DNA of 63,972 nucleotides, filler included, from Conidiobolus incongruus B7586 (taxonomy: Eukaryota): the NCBI GenBank assembly GCA_000697335.1. It is 38 parts of 38 records of this genome, joined end to end, with 100 filler letters (N's around TTAATTAATTAA, not from the genome) between each part and the next. Parts side by side here need not be neighbours in the genome. Positions count along the whole stretch, not along the records: positions 41,159 to 43,570 come from JNEM01004469.1; positions 43,671 to 44,857 come from JNEM01004470.1; positions 44,958 to 46,499 come from JNEM01004471.1; positions 46,600 to 48,253 come from JNEM01004472.1; positions 48,354 to 49,635 come from JNEM01004475.1; positions 49,736 to 52,403 come from JNEM01004476.1; positions 52,504 to 54,278 come from JNEM01004477.1; positions 54,379 to 55,538 come from JNEM01004479.1; 30 more parts are not named here. One strand, given 5' to 3'. This document shows, piece after piece, positions 41,299 to 54,469 of this stretch (position 1 is the stretch's first letter; each line of letters starts with the position of its first letter). The position numbers and the translations under genes were made by a program. Below the pieces are notes generated by a model. It made no database searches. It saw nothing but the letters and a program-made list of their open reading frames with translations, and was not told where the DNA came from.

Positions 41299-44200
41299 TA
41301 TTTATCTATTATTTATTAATATTTGATTTATTGATTTTAATATCATTATATTTAATTATTATTTTACATATAATTTCATAAGTTAATTTGGTAATATCTT
41401 TAAACTTATAAATTGATTATTTTATAAATATAATATTAAATTGAATGTTAAATTTCTTTGTAATATTAAATAATATCTAAAACATATTTAAGATTAATTT
41501 TATAAATAATTTTATATCTTAAAAAAGGAATTTAAAAATTACTTAAAAATAAATATAATTGACCTTTTTGCACACCATGAAAATCTTTATTTTCTTAATA
41601 AAAGACTAATAATAATTAGAGACTATATATTAATAATTATATTTTAAATTTTAAAATAATTAAAAATAAAATTTATTTATCAAATCCATATTATATTAGG
41701 GATAAATTGCTTAAATCAACTATATTCACTAAATTAGATATAAACATAAATACTATATTATTAAAGTTAATAAAAATTCTAATTTCTTAATTATTTTAAT
41801 ATCTTATTAAGTTATTATAAATAAATTATAGTAAATTTTAGATTATATATTATGTTTTAATTTTTTATTAATTTATTAGTTTTTTAATTTTATTTTTAAT
41901 AATTTTGTTATTACCTATTTTTGATAATATTTTAATATATTTAAAAAGTACAGAAAAATACATTTAATATACTAATTAAGCCTTACAAATTATCTATAAA
42001 TAAATATTATTTTTAAAAATATTAAAATATATCTTAATTGTTTTTTTTCCTATAGTTAAATTATTTTTTTCCCATAAAATTAGAATTAATATAATTAAAT
42101 TTAATAGTATAAAAGTTTAAATTATATTTATAAATCAAAAATCAATTTATGTTTTTATCTAAATTACTAAATTATTATGATGATTTTATTTAATTTTTTT
42201 TGAATTTATTATTTTTTTAATTAATAACTTAAATAAATCATGTTTTAAATAAACCCTATTATATATTGTTTATATAAAAGCTTTAATTTTCTATATCACT
42301 AATACTCTTGCCTTGTTTATTTTTAATTTAAAGATACGTATTTTTATTTTTTCTAATTTTGCTTTTTTGTAATTAATAAATTATTTATTTAATTTGAATT
42401 TAATTTATATTTTACCTTTAAATAATAAAATAAAATATTAAATAAAAGAAAATAAATTAAGTTTAATTAAATAAATAATAGCTTAAAAATAATAATATTA
42501 AATTTAAATAAGATTAAATAAATAAATTAAAATACCTAATTTTTAAACAAAAACTTTTTGTTTTAATAGAAATAATTAAAAATCATATATATTTCTTATT
42601 TAAAAATTATTTCTTATTATTTACAAATAAAAAATCACTTATTAGTTTAAAAACCAAAAAGAATTTATCCTTAGAATAAGTTAAATAGATTAAAATTATT
42701 TAAGTTCTTTTATTCTTTATTTAATATCATTCAGGATAATGAAATTATTTTATAGATATTTTTTTTAAAAACCCAATATATTTTATATTTTATTTTAATT
42801 ATAAAAATTTAACAAATATTAACATAATAAATAATAATTTAGAAAATAGAAAATTAATTTAATTTTTTAAAAAACATTAATAAATAATGATTTTTCTATT
42901 TTAAATAAAGAAAAACTATTAAAACTATCAAAAAATCATTTAAAATATATTAAAAAATTATTAATAACTTATTATATTATATCAACTTTTTATATATCCT
43001 TAATATCTTTAAGATTTGATAATGATATTTGAAAAGTATTAAATTTTACTTATTAAAGGATAATAAAATTGGCTAAAGATTGCTAAAAAAATTAAAACAA
43101 GATATTATCAGTTTCCCTTAATTAAATCAATTTAAAAATATATCAATACATATGAAATATACTAAAGAATTAAATTTAATAATTAATTAAAATATAATAA
43201 ACTTATTTCCTAATTGATTCCTAATAAAGATTAATAATAAATTTAACTTAATTTTATAAAAATCTTTAAATTAACAGATGGTTATGATAATATAATAATT
43301 ATAGTTAATTTATTTTCCAAATATATTTATTTTATTCTTTATTTCAAAATCTCTATAAATAAAAATATTATATACTTACATTGTTTAATATTTTTACCAA
43401 TTAAATAATATATATAATCTAACTTTTGATTATAAAAGTTATTTTTTTCTTAAGATTAACCTAGTTATATTTAGTATTAATTATTATTATAGTAATAATC
43501 TTATTAAAAAAGATTATTAAAATCTTAAAACAAATGATTAAAATTTATATTATTATTAATAAAAATTAAANNNNNNNNNNNNNNNNNNNNNNNNNNNNNN
43601 NNNNNNNNNNNNNNTTAATTAATTAANNNNNNNNNNNNNNNNNNNNNNNNNNNNNNNNNNNNNNNNNNNNTAGTTAGTTTACTATAGCTAGAGTTATTAA
43701 GAATAATAATAAAAATATATTTGAATTTAAATTTAAATGTATTAAAATTATAGATAAAAATAATAAAAAGTATATTTATAAGTTAGTTAGTATAAATAAA
43801 TATAATATTATTGTAAAAATATAACAAGAATTATAAAACTATATAAGGATATTAGTTAATATTAATACTATTATATATACTTTATATTAATATAGATATT
43901 ACTTATATTTTAAGAAAAAAACACCCCTAACTAAAAAAATCCTATTGTAAAGTTAGATAGGAGTTTAAATATCACTATTAATATTAAATTAAAACTAATT
44001 AAAATAGGGTTATTTAGTTTAATTGAATAAAAATATAACTTAGTAGATTTAATAAGAAGATTAGATAATTTAAAAAAGATACAAAATTACTTTGTAGCTA
44101 TTATATTAATTTTACTAAAAATATAATAGTGGGTTAATTATTATTTAAGGATATATATTATCTTTAGATATAAAATATCTTTGTAAAGTTAATAAGGGAA

Positions 44201-45627
44201 TTAATATTGATATATATTAAAGTATTCTAAACAATGAGTTGAAGAAAACTATTGAATAATATAAGTTAAACAAATTTGATACTATTTTCTAGTAAGATAA
44301 TGTTTTTTATTATATTATAACTTTTATTACCAAATAATTTAAAAATAACAAAAATAATAGTTATAAAATAACTTTTTTAATATTTTAACCTTAACCTAAT
44401 TAAATACTTTTGGGATTAGTTAAAAAAACTATAAAAGTTTTTCCTTTAATATAAGATTTAAATTAGCTTTAGGAGTATATTCAATAAGTATAAAACAAGA
44501 TTAACTTTTTTTAGTGTAAAAAGTTAGTTAATTCTATACCCCACAAACTAAAAAAATTAGAAAAGTTAAAGATAGATATATTAGGTTTTAATTTTTTTTA
44601 TTACTAAAAACCTATAAATTTAAAACTCATCTTAAATAAAATTTAAAGATTTATATTTTAACAAATTAATAACTAAATATCATCATTTAATGATATATAT
44701 TATGAATTAATATAATAGATTTTAATTATTTAATTTAAGTTTATTTTATTAAATATTAATCAAGTTATTAGTAAAAATATAAGTGTTTTTGATTTTATAA
44801 CTTACTATTACAGGTTAATATATCTATTTACTATCAAAGAATATATTTTAATTTTATNNNNNNNNNNNNNNNNNNNNNNNNNNNNNNNNNNNNNNNNNNN
44901 NTTAATTAATTAANNNNNNNNNNNNNNNNNNNNNNNNNNNNNNNNNNNNNNNNNNNNTTTAAATATTATTAAATTTTAATTTAATATTAAATATATTAAC
45001 TTTATTATTTAATTTAATTTAAAGGAAAATGAAATATTATAGAATTATAATTCTTAAATCAATTTAAAAATCCTTTTAAATATAAAATTAATATATTTGT
45101 TTTTTTAGAATAATCTACTTTTAAATTGATTTTATTTTAATCTAACTTAAATCTAAAATATTTATTATTATAATAAATTTCTAATGAAGTTTAATTTATT
45201 AATTTTAATTTTAAAAATACAATTTTAAGATTATTTTTACCTTTGAGGATTAAGTTTACCTTTTATATATCTAAAATTAAACTTTATTTTAAAGATTTTG
45301 ATATATCTCTTAACTGATTAAAAACTTTAATATTAAATTTAATTATTAGTTAAGATAGAAAAGAAAAATATTATTTTGATTAAATAATTAAATTTAAATC
45401 TATTAAAATAGGTTTTATTTTTATATAAAATAAATAAGTTATCTTATTAAAGAAATTATATAAGAATATTGGAAAAATATTAAGAATATTTTAGCTTATT
45501 ATACCTATTTATACAAATTTAAAAAATGTGTTTTTTTAATAAACTTATGAAAAGAATGTTAAAAAACTAGTTTTTTAAATTCTTATATATATTTCTATAA
45601 AATTTAATCAATTATATAAATAGTATT
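41299..45627 (+). mobile_element. Decayed gypsy/chromovirus pol (RT, RNase H, integrase, chromodomain), PPT and start of 3' LTR (45557), interrupted by a Tc1
   Basis: Reverted RT motifs: KKD..RL.IDY.LN..IKNK and TIFTKLD (~41600-41740), Y.DDILIYSKS (~41915). RNase H-like ~42290-42650; integrase ~43000-43570 and 44821-45350; chromodomain ~45360-45490; aaaagaa|TGTTAA at 45557. Confidence 0.82.
43671..44820 (+). mobile_element. Decayed Tc1 A2 copy inserted in gypsy integrase
   Basis: Colinear with 16342-17297; terminus cttactattacaggttaata|TA. Confidence 0.9.
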
Positions 45628-46890
45628 TATAAGTATGGTAGTAAATACCGATATAATATAAAGGAAAACTTAATATAAAAGTAATATGACATAAAATGTG
45701 ATATTATAATATAGCTGAAAATGCAAATATAAACAAAGTTTAATTAAGTTTTAAATTGGGATAAGTCACTAATATATTAAAATTTATATTAGGTAGTGAT
45801 AATATACTATAATATTAATGATATAGTTTTAATTTTAAAAATAATAAAAAATATAAAGAATAATAAAAATTGAGAAGAAAAAAAAGCACCTAGTTTATTA
45901 AATTATTTAATACTACCTATATAATTAATTTAGCTATAAAAGTATAAATTAATTATATAATTTATAATTAATTAAATTATATGAAAATATATATAAGAAT
46001 TTAAAGAATTAATCTTTTAATACTCCCTTAGTAAGTTTTTTAAAAAAGATACATTCTTTAGATATTTATAAATAGATATAATAAGCTAAGTTATTTTTAA
46101 TATTTTCTAAAGGCTTTTATATAACTTCTTTAATAAAATTATTTATCTATTTTATATAGAAATAAAGCTTATTCTTAATAGATTTAGATTTAATTATATA
46201 ATTAATATAATATTTTTTTTCTTAATTAATAATTATATCTAGTTTTAGATTTTTTAATCAATTAAGAAAAATATTAAAATCTTCAAAATAAGATTTAATT
46301 TTAGATATATAAAAGATAAAGTTAATTTTTAAAGTTAAAGATAATTCTAAGATAATATTTTTAAAATTTAAATCAATATATTAAATTTTATAAAGGTTAT
46401 AATATAATAAAAAGTATTTTAGATTTAAGTTAGATTTAAATAAGATAATTTTAAAAATAGATTGCTTTAAATATATAAACATAATAGTTTTATATTTAAN
46501 NNNNNNNNNNNNNNNNNNNNNNNNNNNNNNNNNNNNNNNNNNNTTAATTAATTAANNNNNNNNNNNNNNNNNNNNNNNNNNNNNNNNNNNNNNNNNNNNT
46601 TTTATATTTAAGAGGATTTTTAGATAGCTTTAAGTATTATTATTTTATAATCTTTTAATTCTCTTCTAAATTAAATTTGATAAAGGAATTAATATATTTG
46701 ATATTAGATTAAAATTCAACAATATCTAAAGATTAGTTGATTTAAAGTTTCAAAGTAATTATTAAGTTAATATATTTATTATAATTAATGAAATAAAGGT
46801 TAAAACTTGTTAATTTATTAATAGAGATACTTGAATAAATATTTAAGTTAATAAATATAGGTATTTTAATTTAACTAATTAATATTAATA
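45628..46890 (-). mobile_element. Second gypsy copy: 3' LTR (45628-46022), PPT, chromodomain and integrase C-terminal part
   Basis: Minus strand ctaagggag|TA(TG)TTAA junction at 46023. Minus-strand translation approximately KEYYIDYIIKSKSIRNKLYFYIKW....EVTWEPLENIKN is a chromodomain. Continues across the 46500 linker. Confidence 0.87.
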
Positions 46891-48253
46891 TATTAACCTA
46901 TCAAAGTAAGTTATAAAATCAAAAACACTTATATTTTTACTAATAACTTAATTAATATTTAATAAAATAAACTTAAATTTAATAATTAAAATCTATTATA
47001 TTTATTAATTATATATATCATTAAATAATGATATTTAACTATTAATTGGTTAAAATATAAATCTTTAAATTTTATCTAAAATAAGTTATAAATTTATAGG
47101 TTTTTGGTGATAAAAAAAATTAAAACTTAGTATATCTACCTTTAACTTTTGTAACTTTTTTAAGTTTATAAGGTATAGAATCAATTAACTTTTTATACTA
47201 AAAAGGGTTAAACTTGTTTTATACTTCTTAAATATATTTTTAAAGTTGATTTAAATTTTTTACTAGAGGGAAAACTTTAATAACTTTTTTTAACTAATTC
47301 CAAAGATATTTAATTAGATTAAAGTTAAAAGATTAAAGAAGCTACTTTATAACTATTATCTTGTTATTTTTAAGTTATTTGGTAATAAAAGCTATAGTAC
47401 AATAAAAAACATTATCTTACTATAAAATAATATTAAATTTATTTAACTTATATTATTTAATGGTTTTTTTAATTTATTATTTAGAATATTTTAATATATT
47501 TCAATATTAATTACCTTATTAATTTTACAAAAATACTTTATATCTAAAGATAACATATATTCTTAAATAATAATTAACCTATTATTATATTTTTAGATAA
47601 AATTAACATAATAGTTATAAAATAATTCTTTTTCTTTTTTAAAATATTTAGCTTTTTTATCAAATCTATTAAAGTATATTTTTTTTATTAAATTAAATAA
47701 CCTTATTCTAATTAGTTTTAATTTAATATTAATAGTAATATTTAAACTCTTACTTAATTTTACAATGGGATTTTTTTAGTTAGGGGTGTTTTTACTTAAA
47801 GTGTAAGTAGTATCTATATTAATAAAAAACACATATAATAGTATTAGTGCTAACTAATATTCTTATATAGTTTTATAGTTCTTGTTATATTTCTACAATA
47901 ATACTATATTTGCTTGTATTTATTAACCTATAGATATATTTCTCATCATATTCATTTATAATTTTAATATATTTAAGTATAGGTTTAAATGTTTTTTATA
48001 GTTATTCTTAATAACTTTAACTATAGTAAATTAGCTAAAACTAGTAATTCTAATAATATTACAAATTGATTTACTTTTTTTATAAAGTTAGTTAATACAT
48101 AAATAGATTTTTTTAGAGAGGGATTTAGATATAATAATACTAATAAAAAAAATATAATATATCTATAAAATATTATATAAAATAATAGCAAAGAGAGAAA
48201 AAAGATATAGTTATATATTATTAAATATATCCTTTTATCTCAAAAACCCACAA
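46891..48253 (-). mobile_element. Decayed Tc1 A2 copy inserted in gypsy integrase
   Basis: TA|tattaacctatcaaagtaagttataaaatcaaaaacac terminus; colinear with 37438-38800. Confidence 0.92.
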
Positions 48254-48353
48254 NNNNNNNNNNNNNNNNNNNNNNNNNNNNNNNNNNNNNNNNNNNNTTA
48301 ATTAATTAANNNNNNNNNNNNNNNNNNNNNNNNNNNNNNNNNNNNNNNNNNNN

Positions 48354-49572
48354 AAGTTTATTTATATATTAATTAAATTTATAATAAAAATAAATCAACT
48401 TATAAGATTGTTAAAATTACTAGTATTAGCTAATCTATTATAGTTATGGTTATTAAGAATAATGTTAAAAAAACACTTAAACTAAAACTTAAGCATAATA
48501 AAATTATAAATAAACATGGTAAAAAATATATTTATAGATTAGTTAATATAAGTAAATGTAATATTATTGTAAAAATATAACAAGAATTATAAAACTATAT
48601 AAAAATATTAGTTAGTACTAATATTATTATATATACTTTATGTTAAAATAAATACTACTTATACTTTAAAAAAACACCTTCAACTAAAAAAGTCTTACTA
48701 TAAAGTTAAACAAGAGTTTAAATGTCAACACTAAAGTTAAATTAAAATTACTAGAGTAATGTTATTTAGTCTAATAAAACAAAGATATATTTTAATAAAT
48801 TAATAAAAAAGCTAGATGTTTCAAAAAGATAAAAAACTACTTTATAACTATTATGTTATTATAACCTAAAAATACAATAGTAGGTTAATTATAATTTAAA
48901 GATATATGTTATCTTTAAGTATAAAAGTATTTTTATAGGGTTAATAGAGGAATTAATACTGAGATATATTAAAGTATTCTAAACAATAAATTAAAAAAAC
49001 TATTAAATGGTATAGATTAAAAAAATCAAATATTATTTTCTAACAAGATAATATACTTTATTATACTATAAATTCTATTATTAAATGGTTTAAAAATAAC
49101 AAAATAATTATTATGAAATAACCTCTTTAATCTTTTAATCTTAACTTAATTAAATATCTTTAGGATCAACTAAAAAAATTAATTAAAGTTTTCCCCCCAG
49201 CAAAAAATTTAAATTAACATTAAAAGTATATTTAAGAAACTTAAAATAATATTAGTTTTATTTAATATAAGAAGCTAGTTGACTTTATACCTTATAAACT
49301 TAAAAAAGTTAGAAAAGCAAAAGATAGATATATTAGATATTAATTTTTCTATCAATACTAAAACCTACAAATTTATAACTCACCTTAAATATTCTTTTAG
49401 TGTTAATATATCAATTAATAATTAATTAAATTTAACTATATATATTATATTATAAATAAAGAATATATATTAATTAAATAGTTTAATATAAGTTTATTTA
49501 AATTAGTATTAATTAAGATATTAATAGAAATATATATATTTTAATTTTATCACTTACTTTTTTAAGTTAGTG
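48354..49572 (+). mobile_element. Decayed Tc1 A1 copy
   Basis: Colinear with 372-1589; terminus ...acttacttttttaagttagtg|TA. Confidence 0.92.
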
Positions 49573-49574
49573 TA

Positions 49575-49635
49575 TAATAACCTATAGAAATAAGTTATAA
49601 AATTAAAAACACTGATATTTTTACTAATAACTTGA
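49575..49635 (-). mobile_element. Terminus of a Tc1 A2 copy abutting the previous element
   Basis: taataacctatagaaataagttataaaattaaaaacactgatatttttactaataacttga matches 18034-18094. Confidence 0.82.
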
Positions 49636-49943
49636 NNNNNNNNNNNNNNNNNNNNNNNNNNNNNNNNNNNNNNNNNNNNTTAATTAATTAANNNNNNNNN
49701 NNNNNNNNNNNNNNNNNNNNNNNNNNNNNNNNNNNTTATTAATTAATAATTTGTTTATTATAGATATATAACCATTTATGAAGGTTAGTAAATATAAAAT
49801 ATACTTAAGCCTTAATATATTAATCAAGAAAATTAATATTTTAATTTAATAATTATTTAATAGAGTAATATTACAATAATAAAAATAATTAATATCATCA
49901 CATTTATTATAATATATAATATATAAAAATATATTTTAATATT

Positions 49944-50341
49944 TATAAACATGGTGGTAAGTACCAATATAATGCAGAGGAAGACTTAAAATAAGAGTAG
50001 CGTGACACGGAACGTGGTATTATAACGTGGCTGTAATGTGCAAATGTAAACAAAGTTTAATTAAGTTTCAAACTGGGATGAGTTACTGATATATTAAGAT
50101 TTATATTAGGTAGTGCCAATATACTATATTATTGACAAGATATAGTCTCAAACTTAGAAATAGTGGAAAAGATAAGAAATAATAAAAATTGAGAGGAAAA
50201 AAAGGAACCTAGTTTATTAGATAATTCAATGCTATTTATATAATTAATTTAGCTATAAAAGTATAAATTAATCATATAATTTATAGTTAATTGAATTATA
50301 TAAAAGTATATATAAGAATTTAGGGAACTAGTATTTTAATA
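49944..50341 (-). repeat. Solo LTR (398 bp), among the least mutated copies
   Basis: ATATT/ATATT 5-bp TSD; retains four CpGs in gcgtgacacggaacgtgg...aacgtgg; sense-strand TATATAAATAG TATA-like box at ~50232-50242. Confidence 0.92.
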
Positions 50342-51246
50342 ATATTTACTTTTTATCTTAAATTAAAGAAAATCATATTAAATATTCATATAATATTTTA
50401 TATAAACAAATATACAAAAATTATAATATTATAATAAAAAAACTTCTTGAATTTTCAATATATTAATATTATCAAATATATTTTGATATTTTCTTATTAT
50501 ATCTTTAGTTATATTATCATTTGATTTTAATTTTAATCTTTTATTATTGATTATAGTTAATAAAACTAATTAATATTCTAAAGTATATTTTTATTGAGCC
50601 CTTTAAGTAATATAACTTTATTCAGCTTAAGTATCATATTATAGTGTTCACCTGTTCTATTAACAAGATATACTATATAAGTAAATATTAATGCTTTATA
50701 AGTAAACCACTGGTTTAGTTTAATATTAAACCCAAATAGTTTTTTAGTCAGTGTTATTATACTAAATATAATCTAAGGTAATATATAAAGGAATAGATTT
50801 CCAAACTAAGCAATATTTGTCTCTTTTTCTAATTTAAGTAGAGGTGATAAAAGCCAGCTCCATATTATTCAATTAATCTTAATTTGTTATTTAATAAATT
50901 GTTTATTTGGTTATTATATTAGATGTTTCACTCCTTGATATTTCTTTGAGCAAAAAGACAATTTATAATATTATTGATATTAATTATAATGATAGCTAAG
51001 TCTTTACCAAGAGTTATTTATCTTATCAAAAATAAGGTGTTATTGATAATTAACAACAAAGTGTAAATTATTAATACAAAATCAATTGTTTGTAACTTAA
51101 GAAAAGCAATCTAATTGGCTTAATTAATAATACCTTAAAAGATTACTAATATAATATTTTAGATTACAACAATTTTATAGCTTGAACTATTAAATTCTTA
51201 TTAATAACTAAATAATGAATATATTAATTTTACATTTTAAATGATA

Positions 51247-53895
51247 ATACTTTGTATTTTAAATAATTCAAATTGTTTATTATTAAAAATAGATAAAAAT
51301 ATTAATAAATAATATATAAAAAAATATATTATAAATATATAATAGCCTTTTATTTATTAATAACTTTTTGTTATATTTTTGATAAATTCTTAATATCTAA
51401 AAAACAGTTCATTTTATTAAAAACTGAAATTTGATATTTTATAAAATAATTAAATTTTTTTAAAAATTTTTTTTTGCAAATTAGTTTTTGAATTATCTGA
51501 AGGAATTATAATTATATAGGTTATAATTTAGGGAATATACTGGATATGGTAGTTTTTTCTAATTATTCTTAATCAGAAAATTTTTTACAATTTAGATTTT
51601 GATATTTTATAAATATTATACAAAATAATAGTTTTTTTAAATTTTATGAAAAATATCAATTAAAAATAGTTTTATTTAAAAAACAATTTAAAGCTTATTA
51701 TTAATTGATTTTCCTTAAAGAATTAAATATAAATAGCATATATATTATAATTTATTATAATAATTAATATTTATTTATTAATATATTGCTTATTTAAAAA
51801 ATTTATAAAAAGGGTTAATTTAATATAATTTAGAACTTTGATTTTTGTTTTGGTAAAAAATTATAAAAAAGATTTAAGATTTATTCATTAAAATTATCTA
51901 TTAGAAATGCTTAGGTTTCTAGTAATATTTTAATAAGTTTTATTCAAAATAGCTATTTTAGTTTTTTTAAGTTATATTTAAATCATAAGATATATATTTT
52001 ATATTTTTATTTATTAATTTAAATTTAAATTTTAATATATATAAAATATTTATAAGATTAATATTAAAATATTTAGATCATTATCTAACTAAAATAAAAA
52101 GATATATTTTAATATTTTTCTTATTCAGTTAATAATTAAAATAGTAATAATTAAAGTTAATTTTTTAAATTTTAGCAAATTTCAGATAATTTCTTTATTA
52201 GTCTTATAATAATTTATATAGTAATAAATAAAAAATTTAGAAAATATTTATTACCAAAAGCTATTTATAGATTTTAAATAATTTTAGAAGGTTTATAATT
52301 AAACTTTATTAATATTAAAATAAAAGATATTTAATGATTATTATTTAATTTAAATATTATTAAATGAAATAATTAATTTTAAAAAATTAATTTTTTAATC
52401 AAANNNNNNNNNNNNNNNNNNNNNNNNNNNNNNNNNNNNNNNNNNNNTTAATTAATTAANNNNNNNNNNNNNNNNNNNNNNNNNNNNNNNNNNNNNNNNN
52501 NNNTTAAATTATTTTTATATATTAGTATATATATGTAAAAATAATTTAAAAATATATAATCTTTTATTTACTTTATATAAATTTATTTATTTAAAATTAA
52601 TAATACACTAGCCTATAAAAGTAAGTTATAAAATTATAATTATATATATTATTATCAATAACTTTATTAATTTTTAATTAAATTGAATTTAAATTAAAAC
52701 ATATAATAAACTTATATTATTTATTTATAGTTAAGTATATTTGATCTAATTATATTAACTTTTAGTTGATATATTAAAATTTAAATTTTACTTAAGGTGA
52801 TTTATAAATTTATATATTTTGATTATAAAAAGAAAATTAAAACTTAATATATTTACCTTTTGTTTTCCTAACTTTTTTAAGTTTATAGGGTATAAAGTCA
52901 ACTAACTTCTTATATTAGAAAGGATTAATTTTGTTCTAAGCTTCTTAAATATATTCTTAAAGCTTATTTAAATTTTTTGCTGGTGGGAAAGTTTTAATTG
53001 CTTTTTTTAACTAATCCTAAAGATATTCAATTAGATTAAAGTTGGGGGATTGAAAAAACTACTTTATAACTATTATTTTATTATTTTTAAACTATTTGGT
53101 AGTAAAAATAATAATATAATAAAGGGTATAATCTTATTAAAAAATAACATCTGATTTATTTAACCTATATTATTCAATAGTTTTTTTTAATTTATTATTT
53201 AGAATATTTTAATATATCTTAATATTAATTCCCTTATTAACTTTATAAAGATACCTTATATTAAAAAATATTATATATCCCTAAACTATAATTAACTTAT
53301 TATTATATTTTTAGGTTAAAATAACATAATGGTCATAAAGTAATTTTTTGTCTTTTCTGAAATATTTAGCTTTTTTATTAAACCTACTAAGATATATTTT
53401 TGTTTTATTAAACTAAATAACTTTACTTTAATTAATTTTAATTCAATTTTAATAGTAATATTTAAATTCTTACCTAACTTTATAGTAAGACTTTTTTAGT
53501 TAGGGGTGTTTTTTCTTGAGATGCAAGTAATATCTATTATAATATAAAGTATGTATAATAGTATCAATACTAACTAATATTCTTATATAGTCTTATAATT
53601 CTTTCTATACTTTTACAATAGTATTATACTTACTTATACTAACTAACCTATAAATATATCTTTTATCATGTTTATCTATAATCTTAATATATTTAAGTTT
53701 AGGTTTAGATATATTTTTACCATAATTTTTAATAGCCCTAATTATAATAAACTAGCTAACACTAGTAATTCCAGCAATTTTACAAATTGATTTACCTTTA
53801 TTATAAAGTTGATTAATATATAAATAAATCATTTTAAAGTGGGATTTAGGTATTTTAATACTAATACTATTTAAAATAATAGTTTATAATAATAA

Positions 53896-53931
<36 letters not shown>

Positions 53932-54242
53932 AATAAAAAAAATTTAAGTAATTTTTGTTTTATATACCCTTTTAACTCCTAAACCTGTAAATTTATGACT
54001 CACCCAATTTAAAATTGAAGATTTGATATATTAACCAATAATATATTAAATATAATTAAATATAACCTATTATAAACAGATAATATACTTTAATTATATA
54101 TTTTAAATTAATTTAGTTAAGAATTGTTTAAGTTACAGGTAAATATATAAATGATATTTATTTTATAACTCATTATTTCAAACTAGTATATATTTGAAAA
54201 ATCAGAAACTAAAAAATTTGTTATTATTTTAAATTAAAATAA
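51247..54242 (-). mobile_element. Decayed mariner copy spanning a linker and interrupted by a full Tc1
   Basis: Mariner homology at 51247-52403, 52504-52605 and 54189-54242; the rejoined flank matches ~20430-20541. Confidence 0.83.
52606..54188 (-). mobile_element. Full-length Tc1 A3 copy (~1583 bp) nested in a mariner subterminal region
   Basis: TA|cactagcctataaaagtaagttataaaa ... ttttataactcattatttcaaactagta|TA; reverse complement of 56202-57777. Confidence 0.93.
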
Positions 54243-54469
54243 TATTAAAATAGAAAATTAATTAGTATTTTTATTATANNNNNNNNNNNNNNNNNNNNNN
54301 NNNNNNNNNNNNNNNNNNNNNNTTAATTAATTAANNNNNNNNNNNNNNNNNNNNNNNNNNNNNNNNNNNNNNNNNNNNATAATAATTTTAAACTAACATT
54401 TTATCAAATTTAATCAATAAAGAAATAATAATAAATTATAATAAAACCAATATAAACTATAATAATATA

